The notes under the pieces are model-generated. The model was not told the origin of the DNA and ran no database searches. It saw only the letters and a program-made list of their open reading frames with translations. Source: Nitrososphaerota archaeon (GTDB lineage: Archaea > Thermoproteota > Nitrososphaeria_A > Caldarchaeales > Calditenuaceae). Taken from it: a DNA stretch of 64,000 bases. The translations under genes were made by a program, and so were the position numbers. Location of the stretch: the NCBI GenBank assembly GCA_033581555.1, contig JAVQSZ010000002.1, forward strand, positions 1 to 64,000, read 5' to 3'. Positions 19,737 through 28,927 of this stretch are shown piece after piece (the stretch's first letter is position 1; every line of letters begins with the position of its first letter).

Positions 19737-20376
19737 CCCTTCCCCACCTCACTAGGACGTCGAGGCTGCCTTCCTCCTGGACCAAGTCGACGTAGCCCCT
19801 ATTGGCCGCGAATAGGAGGAGGATGATCCGCTTCACCGCGGAGAGCCTGTCGAGCCCCGATATCAGCTCGAGGAGCGAGGCGACCTCCCTCCCTGAGAAG
19901 AACTCCTCAAGCTCCTTGACGAAGGACTCGAACTCCTCCTCGATCCTGATCAGGTAGTCGTCCAGCTTGACGTCGACGTTGATCTGCTCGAACTTCCCCA
20001 CCCGCTCCCCTTGCATCCTCTCTAGGACCGACCTCAAGGCCCTCACGACGTCCAGAAGGGTCGCGCTGATCACGTCGCCCCTCAGCGGTATCTCTATCGG
20101 AGGCGGAACGACCAGGTCAGGCCTCTCGGGCCTGGTGCGTTCCTCCTCGACTTCGAGCCTCTCGGACTTCTCCCTGTGGACCGTCGAGGCGGAGAGGACC
20201 ACGATCCCCGCGTGCCCGAAGTTGACCTCGGAGGACCTGAAGGCGGCCGCGAACTCCCTGAGCATCGGGACGAGCCTCAGACTCCAGGGGTCCAGCCTCT
20301 TGACCGCCGCGGGGTTCAGGAGGACCCTCCAACCTAGCTCCTCGACGACGTCACGCCTTCCCCTCAAGGACCTCAC
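19717..20376 (-). CDS. scpA: Kleisin ScpA
   Basis: LDPW.L.L N-terminal motif, C-terminal LLLFAA..G.V.L.QE; sits between smc and scpB; exact start uncertain. Confidence 0.8.
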   Translation of the reverse strand: MRSLRGRRDVVEELGWRVLLNPAAVKRLDPWSLRLVPMLREFAAAFRSSEVNFGHAGIVVLSASTVHREKSERLEVEEERTRPERPDLVVPPPIEIPLRGDVISATLLDVVRALRSVLERMQGERVGKFEQINVDVKLDDYLIRIEEEFESFVKELEEFFSGREVASLLELISGLDRLSAVKRIILLLFAANRGYVDLVQEEGSLDVLVRWGRGGAGQA

Positions 20377-23300
20377 CGAGCCTCGCGGCGATCACGTTCG
20401 AGGCTCCGTTCCTCCCGTAGACCCCGATCAGGAGGTCGGCCTTCTCAGCGACGATGTCCTTCAGGCTCACGACGATTATCTGTATCCTCTCGGACATCTC
20501 CTTCAGAAGCTCCGCGAGGTTCGCGGAGTATGCTGCGTCGAGGTGGGCGTCGACCTCGTCGAAGATCAGGAAGTCAGCGGGCGTGAGGGACTGAAGGGAC
20601 AGAAGCAGGGCTACCGCGGAGACGGTCTTCTCGCCACCGCTGACGCCCCTCGCGGACCTCGGGGCCTTACCGGGGAACCTGACGACCATCTCGATCCCCG
20701 ACTCGAGTGGGTTCTGGGGGTCGGTGAACTCCAGCCACCCGTCGCCGCCCGTTAACCTGCTGAAGTAGTTCCCGAATCCCTCCGAGACCCTCCTCACCGT
20801 CTCGGCGACGGCCTTCAGCTTCTGCGAGTCGATCTCCTCGATCAGCTTCAGGATCTCGTTCCGCTCGGACTCGAGCTCCGAGATCCTCGCGGACCTCTGC
20901 CTGTACGCCGCGGAGACCTCGCCGTACTGTATGGCCGCAAGCTGGTTGACGAGCTCCAGCTCCTTCAGCTCCTGCTCAAGCGAGGACTTCAGCTCCTCAG
21001 CGATGCGGTCCGGGAGCTCTAGTGACTGCACGTCGGACTGACCTCCGAACTCACGCATTCTCTCCTCGAGGGCCCTCCTTCTCGAGGCCAGCTCGACCCT
21101 CGCCAGCTTCAGGGACTCCAGCTCCGAGTCGATCGCCGCGATGTCTTGCGGGAGCGAGTCGGCGCTCTCCCTCAGCGACCTCATGGCCTCGGAGACCTCC
21201 ACAGACTTGGCCCTCAGTAGCCGGAGCCGCTCCTCGAGCCTCGAGAGCTCAGATTCCTTGCCCCTTGCGACCCTCAGGACCTCCGCGTACTCCTGCGCAG
21301 CGGCCATGACCCTGCCCAGCTGCTCGGCCGCGACCCTCTCGAGCTCCTCCAGCCTCGTTGGAGTGTTCGTGATCCTAGATCGAAGGGCGACCAGCTCGCT
21401 CGACACAGAGTTGAGCCTCTCCCTCAACCTCTTCAGCTCCGCCGAGATCCTCGAGCGCTCCTCAGCCAGGACGAATTGCTCCTTGGTCAGGCCGTCCAGC
21501 TTGTCCCTCTCGACGTCGGGAGGGTCCGGCGCGGTGACGGACCTTATCGATCTCTCGATCTCCTCCCTTCGGGCTCGAAGCTTAGAGAATCTGGCCGGTA
21601 TGCCCGAGAGCTTGGCCTCCAACTTCGAGGCCTCGGACTCGAGCCTCCTCAGGTCGGCCGCGACCGCCCTCTCCTGGGATCTGAGCTCCGACTCCCTCGA
21701 CTCGAGCGACCTCAGCTCGCCCCGTAGCTCCGACTCCTTCTCCCGGACGGCTCCGGCCTCGCCCCTCACCCTCTCGAGCTCCGACTCGACGTCCCTGAGC
21801 AGGGACCTGATCCGCGCGGTGAGCCCCGCGACCGCCTTCATCTCTTCCCTCAGCTCGGACTCGGAGACTACGCCTCCCAGTGAGGCGAAGATCCCGCGGC
21901 CGTCGTGGACGGCCCCGTGCGGTGTGACCGCAGCCCTTCCCGCGGGGAAGGAGGGCCCCTCGACCACCTCAGCGCAGTAGAGCGCGACGTGAAGCGCGGC
22001 TTTCGCTTCCTCCGACGCGCACTCCGCCAGACAAGCCAGACACCTGCCCCCTCTCCCGTCGCACCTCCCCCGGCCTTCCACGCTGATCGCGTGGACGCGT
22101 AGGTTGAGCTCTGAGGCCGCCAGCACAACCGCGAGGGCGTCCGAGTCTCTCCTCACGACTATGGCGTCCAAGAGCTCGCCGAGGGCCCGCTCGAAGACCG
22201 GAGCGAGGGCCTCGGGGAACGAGACGAGGTCCCTCAGTACGCCGACCGCGCGGTCACCCAGCAGGGCCCTGAGCCTCTTGACCGACTCTGGACGCGCTGC
22301 TTGCCCACCGTCGACGGAGAACGCCCTCGACTCCGCCTCCCTCAGCGCCCCCATCAGCTCGGTCCTCCTCGCCTCGAGCTCGCCGGCCCTCGACTCGAGC
22401 GCTTCTACCAACCTCTTCCCGCCCTCGAGGCTCTTCAGGACATCCGCCCTCCTCGCCTGGACCTCCTCGAGCTCGGCCCTCACCTTGGTGAGGCGATCTG
22501 CCTTCGCCGCGATCTCGGACCTAAGCGACTCGAGCTTGGCGACGAGCCTCGCCTCCTCGCCCGCTAGCGCCGAGAGCTCACCGTCGACCTCCGATGCCTC
22601 CCTGAGGAGCCTTACCCTCTCCTCGGAGACAGACCTCAGCCTCGACTCGTACTCCGCGAGCGCTGACCGCAGCGCCGCAGCCCTGGCCGCAACTTCCGAG
22701 AGCCTCGCCTCGACCCGCCTCAGCTCCTCCGAGAGCTCCGACTCCCTCGACTCCAGCGCGGCGACCTCCTCCTCGAGCGACCTCAACCTCGCTGCGTCGG
22801 CGGCCACGGCAGCCGCCATCGCAGCCGCCCTCCTCTTCGCCTCGGCGTACCTCTGGCCCGAGTCCCGCATTCTGGTCCTGAGCCTCTCGATCGACGCCCT
22901 CGCCGACGCCAGCTCCGAAGCGAGCGCCCTCGCCCTAGTGACCAACTCCTCCTCTTCTCTGCGGACCGCAAAGGCCTCTGCCTCCACCTCGGAGAGCCTC
23001 CTCCTGATCGACTCGAGCTCCCGGACTTTCGTCTCCCTCCGCTCCTGTAGTGCTGCGATCGACTCGGAGAGCCGCATCAGCTCCTGGTCGATCCGGGATA
23101 GCTCCCCGACCACCTCGCGCCTCCTGAGGGCCTCGAGCTCGGCCGCGACGTGACTCCTCCTGGAAAGGTCGAACCACTCTACCTCGAGTTGGACGAGCCT
23201 CTTCCTCACCTCCTCAGCGCCGGCCTTCGCGACCGCGACGTTCCTCTCGGCCCTCTCGAGCTCCTTCAGCGCCTCCTCCTTCCTCTGGTCGAACTCCGCG

Positions 23301-23803
23301 GTCCCCGCGACCTCCTCTATCAGCTCCCTCAGGTCGTCCGGCCCCATTTCAGCTATCCCGAGGACCGCGCCTTGGCTGACGACGTTGAAGCCCGAGGGCC
23401 TCAGGTTCGCTGCCGCGAGCAGGCTCAGGAGGTCAGTCCTCCCCACGGTCTTGTTGTTGACGACGTACTCGCTCTCGCCGGTCGGGAGCAGCCTCCTTGT
23501 GATCGTTACCTCGTCGGCGTCAAGGGGTATCGCCCTGTCGGAGTTGTCGAGGACTACCGTGACCCTCGCGGACTGAGCCGCGCCCCCGGACTCGGACTGG
23601 TTGATCAGCTCCGACATCCTCGAGACCCTCAGCGCGTGTGTGCTCAGCTCGCCGAACGCGAACTTGACCGCGTCGATGATGTTGCTCTTACCGCTCCCGT
23701 TGGGGCCGGCGATCACGACCAGCCCCTTCACGAGCTCGATCGTCTGCCTCTTCGGCGGGAACGACTTGAACCCCTGCAGCGTTATCCGCTTCAGGTGGAC
23801 CAA
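20351..23803 (-). CDS. smc: Chromosome segregation protein SMC
   Basis: GFKSF, GPNGSGKSN, long coiled coils with central hinge, VSGGEK, FDEVDAHLD. Confidence 0.96.
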   Translation of the reverse strand: MVHLKRITLQGFKSFPPKRQTIELVKGLVVIAGPNGSGKSNIIDAVKFAFGELSTHALRVSRMSELINQSESGGAAQSARVTVVLDNSDRAIPLDADEVTITRRLLPTGESEYVVNNKTVGRTDLLSLLAAANLRPSGFNVVSQGAVLGIAEMGPDDLRELIEEVAGTAEFDQRKEEALKELERAERNVAVAKAGAEEVRKRLVQLEVEWFDLSRRSHVAAELEALRRREVVGELSRIDQELMRLSESIAALQERRETKVRELESIRRRLSEVEAEAFAVRREEEELVTRARALASELASARASIERLRTRMRDSGQRYAEAKRRAAAMAAAVAADAARLRSLEEEVAALESRESELSEELRRVEARLSEVAARAAALRSALAEYESRLRSVSEERVRLLREASEVDGELSALAGEEARLVAKLESLRSEIAAKADRLTKVRAELEEVQARRADVLKSLEGGKRLVEALESRAGELEARRTELMGALREAESRAFSVDGGQAARPESVKRLRALLGDRAVGVLRDLVSFPEALAPVFERALGELLDAIVVRRDSDALAVVLAASELNLRVHAISVEGRGRCDGRGGRCLACLAECASEEAKAALHVALYCAEVVEGPSFPAGRAAVTPHGAVHDGRGIFASLGGVVSESELREEMKAVAGLTARIRSLLRDVESELERVRGEAGAVREKESELRGELRSLESRESELRSQERAVAADLRRLESEASKLEAKLSGIPARFSKLRARREEIERSIRSVTAPDPPDVERDKLDGLTKEQFVLAEERSRISAELKRLRERLNSVSSELVALRSRITNTPTRLEELERVAAEQLGRVMAAAQEYAEVLRVARGKESELSRLEERLRLLRAKSVEVSEAMRSLRESADSLPQDIAAIDSELESLKLARVELASRRRALEERMREFGGQSDVQSLELPDRIAEELKSSLEQELKELELVNQLAAIQYGEVSAAYRQRSARISELESERNEILKLIEEIDSQKLKAVAETVRRVSEGFGNYFSRLTGGDGWLEFTDPQNPLESGIEMVVRFPGKAPRSARGVSGGEKTVSAVALLLSLQSLTPADFLIFDEVDAHLDAAYSANLAELLKEMSERIQIIVVSLKDIVAEKADLLIGVYGRNGASNVIAARLGEVLEGKA

Positions 23804-23942
23804 AGCCCAGGCCCGTCGCCGGTCCCTGCCTTAATGCGTATCGGGCACGGTAGTACCGCGAAGATCCGTTGGTAAGATCCCGGACCTTCCCCCTGGTACG
23901 ACCCCTTCTGCGGCTCCGGTTTTTATCTGGACCGGTCGTGCG

Positions 23943-25013
23943 GTGCGGGGGTTGGCGAGCGGACGTGTCAGGGTCGGAATAGTCGGTGCCTCCGGGTACA
24001 CGGGCGGAGAGCTCCTGAGGTTGCTCGCGACCCATCCGAAGGTCGAGGTGACCGTCGCGACCTCGAGGGAGTACGCGGGCCAGCCGATCACGAACGTCCA
24101 CTTTCACCTCAAGGGGTTCCTCGGTAACCTGAAGTTCTCCCAGCTCTCGATCGACCAGCTCTCCGAGAGGTGCGACCTCGTCTTCACCAGCACGCCGAGC
24201 GGCGTCGCGAAGGACTTCGCGCCCGAGCTCCTCGAGGTCGGAGTGAGGGTGATCGACCTGAGCCCCGACTTCAGGCTGAAGGACCCGAGCCAGTACGAGA
24301 GGTGGTACGAGTTCGCGCACCCCTCACCGGACCTCCTCGAGAGGGCGGTCTACGGCCTGCCGGAGCTCCACAGGGAGGAGCTGAGGGGCGCTAGGCTGGT
24401 CGCGTGCCCTGGCTGCAACGCAACGGCTGCGCTCCTCTCCCTGATCCCCGCGGTCGAGCAGAAACTGATCGACTTAGACCACGTCGTCGTCGACGTCAAG
24501 GTGGGGAGCAGCGAGGCCGGGATGAGGCCGACGCTCGGGACGCACCACCCTGAGAGGGCGAACGTCATGAGGCCCTACGAGGCCACAGGTCACAGGCACG
24601 TCGCGGAGGTCGAGCAGGAGCTCTCGGCGCTCTCGGGGAAGACGGTGAGGGTCGCGCTGGTCCCCCACGCGGTAGGAGCCGTAAGGGGAGCCCTCGCAAC
24701 GTCGCACGTCTGGCTGGTCGACAGGTCAACGGACGAGCTCGCGGTCTGGAGGGCCTTCGCGAGGAGGTACGGCCATGAGCCCTTCGTCAGGATAGTGAGG
24801 GGAGGTAGGTACCCGGACCCGAAGTACGTGATCGGCTCGAACTTCGCGGACGTCGGAATGGCCGTCGAGCAGAGGATCGGGAGGGCCGCGCTCTTCGCAG
24901 CGATCGACAACCTGATGAAGGGCGCCGCTGGTCAGGCGGTCCAGTGCATGAACTTGGTCTTCGGGTTCGACGAGAGGGAGGGCCTATACGCACCGCCGTT
25001 GAGGCCGGCATGA
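23943..25013 (+). CDS. argC: N-acetyl-gamma-glutamyl-phosphate / [LysW]-phosphate reductase (ArgC/LysY)
   Basis: GASGYTGGELLR, IDLSPDFRL, YGLPELHR, PGCNAT, IDNLMKGAAGQA. Confidence 0.93.
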   Translation: MRGLASGRVRVGIVGASGYTGGELLRLLATHPKVEVTVATSREYAGQPITNVHFHLKGFLGNLKFSQLSIDQLSERCDLVFTSTPSGVAKDFAPELLEVGVRVIDLSPDFRLKDPSQYERWYEFAHPSPDLLERAVYGLPELHREELRGARLVACPGCNATAALLSLIPAVEQKLIDLDHVVVDVKVGSSEAGMRPTLGTHHPERANVMRPYEATGHRHVAEVEQELSALSGKTVRVALVPHAVGAVRGALATSHVWLVDRSTDELAVWRAFARRYGHEPFVRIVRGGRYPDPKYVIGSNFADVGMAVEQRIGRAALFAAIDNLMKGAAGQAVQCMNLVFGFDEREGLYAPPLRPA

Positions 25014-25078
25014 GCTCAAGTCTCTCTGCGCTCGGTCGAGGTCCCCTAGCGCGACAGCGCCCTCAGGATCACGCGAAC

Positions 25079-26059
25079 TCAGAGCAGCCTGACGTTCTGC
25101 CTCTCGTCGAGGGAGATGGCCCTGTAACCCAGCCTCCTGAGGTGCGAGGCGAAGACCGAGGAGCTCCCGTACATCGTGACCACTACCCTCGGCGAGACCG
25201 ACTCGACGTACTCGACGAGGCCCGCGAAGTCGGCGTGGCTGCTGAGGGCGAAGGAGGCGTCGAAGCCCGCGAAGGACCTAGTAAGTGCCCAGCCTGTGGC
25301 GACCGACCAAGAGGCCCTAAGGCCTCCTAAGCTCTTGACGCGCTCCGAGACGTAGACGAGCTCTCCGTCCCTTAGGACCTCGGAGGCCTCCTCGGTGCCC
25401 TCGACGACGAACTCCATCCAAGGGTAGGCCCTCTTGTAGACCGAAGCGACCGACCCGACGTCCCTGCTGACGAGGACGGGCACCCTCATGGACTGGTTCA
25501 CGAGCGCGATCACCTCCTGAGCCTTCCCAGCCGCGTAGACGCTGAAGGCCGGAACCCTGCCGTCCCTCAAGGTCTCCTTGATCCACCGGACGACCTTCGC
25601 GTAGACGAGCTCCCTCTCCTCGAACCTATAGACCGGGGAGCCGTAGGTCGACTCGATGACCAGGACGTCCGCCTCCGTCGACCAGGCGGGGTCGTGGAGT
25701 ATCGAGGCCTGCGTGTTGAGGTCTCCGGTGTAGAGGAGCTTCCTTCCGTCCAGGTCGAGCTCGAAGACCGCGGAGCCCAGCATGTGCCCCGAGGGCTGGA
25801 CCGAGACCCTTACGCCCCCTAGGTCCGCCGAACGGCCGAAGTCCAGCCTGACGTGGTTCCTTACCTTGACGCCCCTAGCGCCGAAGATCAGCCTCGTCTC
25901 CTCGGTCATGACCGCGGACCGGGATCCACGGCCGGAGAGGTGGTCCATGTGGGCGTGGGAGACGCACGCGAAGGCCATCGGCTCATCCGAGTCGAGCGCG
26001 ACGGTCCTGCCGTCGTCGAGCGTGAGGACTGCGCCGTTCCCCCTCCTCGCGATCTCCAT
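25079..26059 (-). CDS. MBL-fold beta-CASP nuclease
   Basis: SHAHMDH, GHMLGS, YTGD, ESTYG, GKAQE, SSHADF. Confidence 0.88.
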   Translation of the reverse strand: MEIARRGNGAVLTLDDGRTVALDSDEPMAFACVSHAHMDHLSGRGSRSAVMTEETRLIFGARGVKVRNHVRLDFGRSADLGGVRVSVQPSGHMLGSAVFELDLDGRKLLYTGDLNTQASILHDPAWSTEADVLVIESTYGSPVYRFEERELVYAKVVRWIKETLRDGRVPAFSVYAAGKAQEVIALVNQSMRVPVLVSRDVGSVASVYKRAYPWMEFVVEGTEEASEVLRDGELVYVSERVKSLGGLRASWSVATGWALTRSFAGFDASFALSSHADFAGLVEYVESVSPRVVVTMYGSSSVFASHLRRLGYRAISLDERQNVRLL

Positions 26060-26064
26060 CCTCC

Positions 26065-26940
26065 TCAGACCTCGACGGTCCTAACCACTCCAGGACCTAA
26101 CTCCGCGACGAAGCCATCGGTCCTCGACGAGAACTCGGCCCTGACTCCCCTCCGGGCCGCGACGTCCCTCGCGGTGCTCGAGACGAACCCCGAGAGGCCC
26201 TCGGCCTTCACGAGGACCGGCTCGAAGTAGGCCCTCTTGCCCTCCTCCTTGACCGTTACGTACCCGACCGCGAAGAGGAACGGGCCCGAAGACTGGCCGA
26301 CGAACATCGCCAGCGCGTTCAGCGACCCGAGGGCGTAGGGCGCCGCGTCCGTGACCGCGCCCCTCAATCCTTCGAGCAGCTCCCCGACCGGCCTGCCCTC
26401 GAGCCTGCTCAGGACGAACTTCAGGAGTACGTGGGAGTCGGTGTAGACGCCCGGGTCACCGAGCCCGATCAGCATCGCGAGCTCGGCCTTCCTCACGCCG
26501 CCGTTGTGGGAGAAGAGGGCCTCGTAGAGCTCGGGACCATTCTGCCCAAGGAGGACCACTTCGCCTGAGAACGGGTGGCCGGCATTGACGCCCCGCGGCT
26601 CGGACCCGGTCCGCCTGCTGTGGAGGATCAATGCGAACTCGTCCCCCCTCTTGAGGAGCGCCTTCAGCTCCCCCGCAGCCTCCTCGAGGGCCCTCAGGTT
26701 GGCATGACAGGCTTCCTCGCCGGCCAGCCGCGGTGACGCGTCGAACCGCGCCCTCATCACCTCCCACGAGCCCTTCACCCTCCTCGCCAGCGCGAATCCG
26801 TAGCCGTGGCAATGCCTGCCGTCGCCGACCAGACGTTCGAGGTACGGGTCGTTGGCCGACGCCTCGACGGCCGAGTCGATCAGCTCGCCGGCAAGGGCCC
26901 TCGCTCCCTCGAGGAACCTCAGCGCCACCATCCTGCACAA
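26065..26940 (-). CDS. Class II glutamine amidotransferase-like Ntn hydrolase
   Basis: N-terminal (M)CRM nucleophile, H.HGYG, LHSR, SHNG, TDS. Confidence 0.75.
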   Translation of the reverse strand: MCRMVALRFLEGARALAGELIDSAVEASANDPYLERLVGDGRHCHGYGFALARRVKGSWEVMRARFDASPRLAGEEACHANLRALEEAAGELKALLKRGDEFALILHSRRTGSEPRGVNAGHPFSGEVVLLGQNGPELYEALFSHNGGVRKAELAMLIGLGDPGVYTDSHVLLKFVLSRLEGRPVGELLEGLRGAVTDAAPYALGSLNALAMFVGQSSGPFLFAVGYVTVKEEGKRAYFEPVLVKAEGLSGFVSSTARDVAARRGVRAEFSSRTDGFVAELGPGVVRTVEV

Positions 26941-27047
26941 GGCTCCGACTCCATAGGCTGACCGGCCGAATTAAGCGTATTCCCACCGGACGGCCCGGCC
27001 CCCTCGGTCCCCGAACCGATAATACGTGACCCCGCTTCCGTCACGCG

Positions 27048-27254
27048 ATGCTCAGGAGGCTCATCGCGGCGCTCTGGCGGCGGAGGACGATCAGCCCCTC
27101 GGCGGAGGTACGCGACGCGGTCCTGAAGGGCCTTGAGGACCTCAGGGGCACCGACCCCAGGGTCAGCGAGCTGAGGAGGCTGAGGGAGCGGCTCGAGTCG
27201 CTGGCTAAGCACGCTTCCGGTCACTCGGGTCGGGGCTCGGGCGACAAAGACTAA
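27048..27254 (+). CDS. Hypothetical protein
   Basis: ATG ~25 nt after GATAATA; host-like AGG/GAG codon usage. Confidence 0.5.
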   Translation: MLRRLIAALWRRRTISPSAEVRDAVLKGLEDLRGTDPRVSELRRLRERLESLAKHASGHSGRGSGDKD

Positions 27255-27291
27255 TTACGACACTATTAGCGCAATATTAGGTGGTTCGGGG

Positions 27292-27498
27292 ATGCCAAAG
27301 CACGTCCTCGTCACCCTGACCGACGAGCAGTACCGTTGCCTCTCTTACCTCAAGGGCAAGATGGGGAGCAGCGACGCGGAGGTCCTCAGGAACGTATTCA
27401 TCGCGTGGGTCTGGGAGAAGATGGGAGGGGCCGCGCTCGGCGAATGCTGGACCGACGTCAAGAAGCTTGTCCCTGAGGAGAAGAAGGCCGAGGGCTGA
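27292..27498 (+). CDS. Small RHH/CopG-like DNA-binding protein
   Basis: KHVLVTLTDEQY..L..L..KMG.S.AEVLRN beta-alpha-alpha pattern; AT-rich upstream region with repeated TATTAG. Confidence 0.65.
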   Translation: MPKHVLVTLTDEQYRCLSYLKGKMGSSDAEVLRNVFIAWVWEKMGGAALGECWTDVKKLVPEEKKAEG

Positions 27499-28927
27499 CC
27501 GGTTCCGGGAGCTCGGAGCCGAGCTCCAGGTTCCTCCAGATCAGGTACTCCGGCGGCGAGATGGCCCTAGCCAGCCTCTCCCCGAGCTTCGACACGCCTA
27601 GTGGCCTACGTATGGGGAAGCCTCCGACCGCCCTCCTGAGGGCCTTTAAGACCTTTCTCTTCTCCTTGGGCCTGAGGGACCTATACCACTCGACGAAGAG
27701 CCTCCGGTCTCTGATGACGAAATCGTCGGCCCCCAAGTCCTTCAGGAGCTCACGCGCGGCCTTCACGTCCTCCCTCGGCTCTTTACCGACCTCGATCCTC
27801 CTCATCCCAGCCCTCTCGAAGAACGGGTTATACCTCGCCATCACCGCCAGGGCCTCGACGTAGGCCTTCCCGACCAGCGGCATCGTCCTCCTCACCAGCT
27901 CCGCTCCGAGACCTATCCCCCTGAACTTCGGGTGAACCACGACCCTCGAGATCCTGGTGAAGTGCTCATTTAGCCACTTGACGTACCTTTTCCTCCCGAG
28001 CTCCTTCTTGAGCTCCTTGAGGAACGGGAAGGCCGCTTCCCGCGCCCTCAGGTGAGGATAGACCGAGGTGTAGACGATCACGCCCGCCAGCTCATCGCCG
28101 ATCCTCGCGGTAAAGATCGCCTCGATGAACGGCGGCTTCTTGCCCCTGTAGTGGAACTCCGCGAGCTCCTTGTAGTCCCACAGCGTCCCCCTGGAGACCT
28201 CGAGGCTCCGCATCAGGGAGCACGTCTTCGGTCGGGGGAGGTCGTAATGGACCTCGGCCGCAGACCCAATCCTCTTCCTCACCAGCACGTCCGGTCCCAG
28301 GTCCTCGATCAGGTCGTCGTGGGCCGTCGCTAGCACCAGCGTCGTCCCGTTCGCACGGGCCCTCTTTTGGACCAGGTACGCGATGACCTTCGCGGTCGTC
28401 CGGTCGAGGTTCGAGCAGAACTCGTCCGCCACAAGGGTCCTCGGCCTCCTGTCGAGGGCCTTCGCGAGCAGATACCGGAACTTCTGGCCGTCGCTGAGCT
28501 CCTTATACCTCCTCAGGAAGACGAAGGCCTCGCCTAGCCCGACCGACGAGAGCAACTCGATAGCCTCCTTCGTGTCCCTCCCGACTCCCTCGATCACGAG
28601 CTCGCCCGGCTTCGCCTCGATCTCCCTGAGGTCTACGACCGGCCGGAAGCCCTTCACGTCCCTGAGCCTCATCGCAAGGTCCTTCAGGATGAGGGACTTG
28701 CCCCCGCCGCTCTCGCCGGTCACGAAGACGACGTCCCCGGGGTCCACGTCGATGACCAGGTCCCTGTAGATCACCCGGCGCCGACCGTCGAGCCCGATCC
28801 CGAAGGCGTCGTGGACGTCCAGCGTCCGCCTCGTCCTCGGAGCGGAAGCCTCGAAGGACTTCGAGAGCCTGAACGCCCTCCTCGGCCTCTGCTCCAGCTC
28901 TATCGGGTCCCTTACTCGGAACCTCAT
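27458..28927 (-). CDS. ABC-type ATPase fused to a GNAT acetyltransferase (COG2401-like)
   Basis: GESGGGKS, LSDGQKFR, ADEFCSNLDR, ATAHDDL, then FHYR and ISRVVVHPKFRGIGLG acetyl-CoA motif, NPFFERAGM; ATG overlaps the terminase stop (ATGA). Confidence 0.88.
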   Translation of the reverse strand: MRFRVRDPIELEQRPRRAFRLSKSFEASAPRTRRTLDVHDAFGIGLDGRRRVIYRDLVIDVDPGDVVFVTGESGGGKSLILKDLAMRLRDVKGFRPVVDLREIEAKPGELVIEGVGRDTKEAIELLSSVGLGEAFVFLRRYKELSDGQKFRYLLAKALDRRPRTLVADEFCSNLDRTTAKVIAYLVQKRARANGTTLVLATAHDDLIEDLGPDVLVRKRIGSAAEVHYDLPRPKTCSLMRSLEVSRGTLWDYKELAEFHYRGKKPPFIEAIFTARIGDELAGVIVYTSVYPHLRAREAAFPFLKELKKELGRKRYVKWLNEHFTRISRVVVHPKFRGIGLGAELVRRTMPLVGKAYVEALAVMARYNPFFERAGMRRIEVGKEPREDVKAARELLKDLGADDFVIRDRRLFVEWYRSLRPKEKRKVLKALRRAVGGFPIRRPLGVSKLGERLARAISPPEYLIWRNLELGSELPEPVSPRPSSPQGQAS

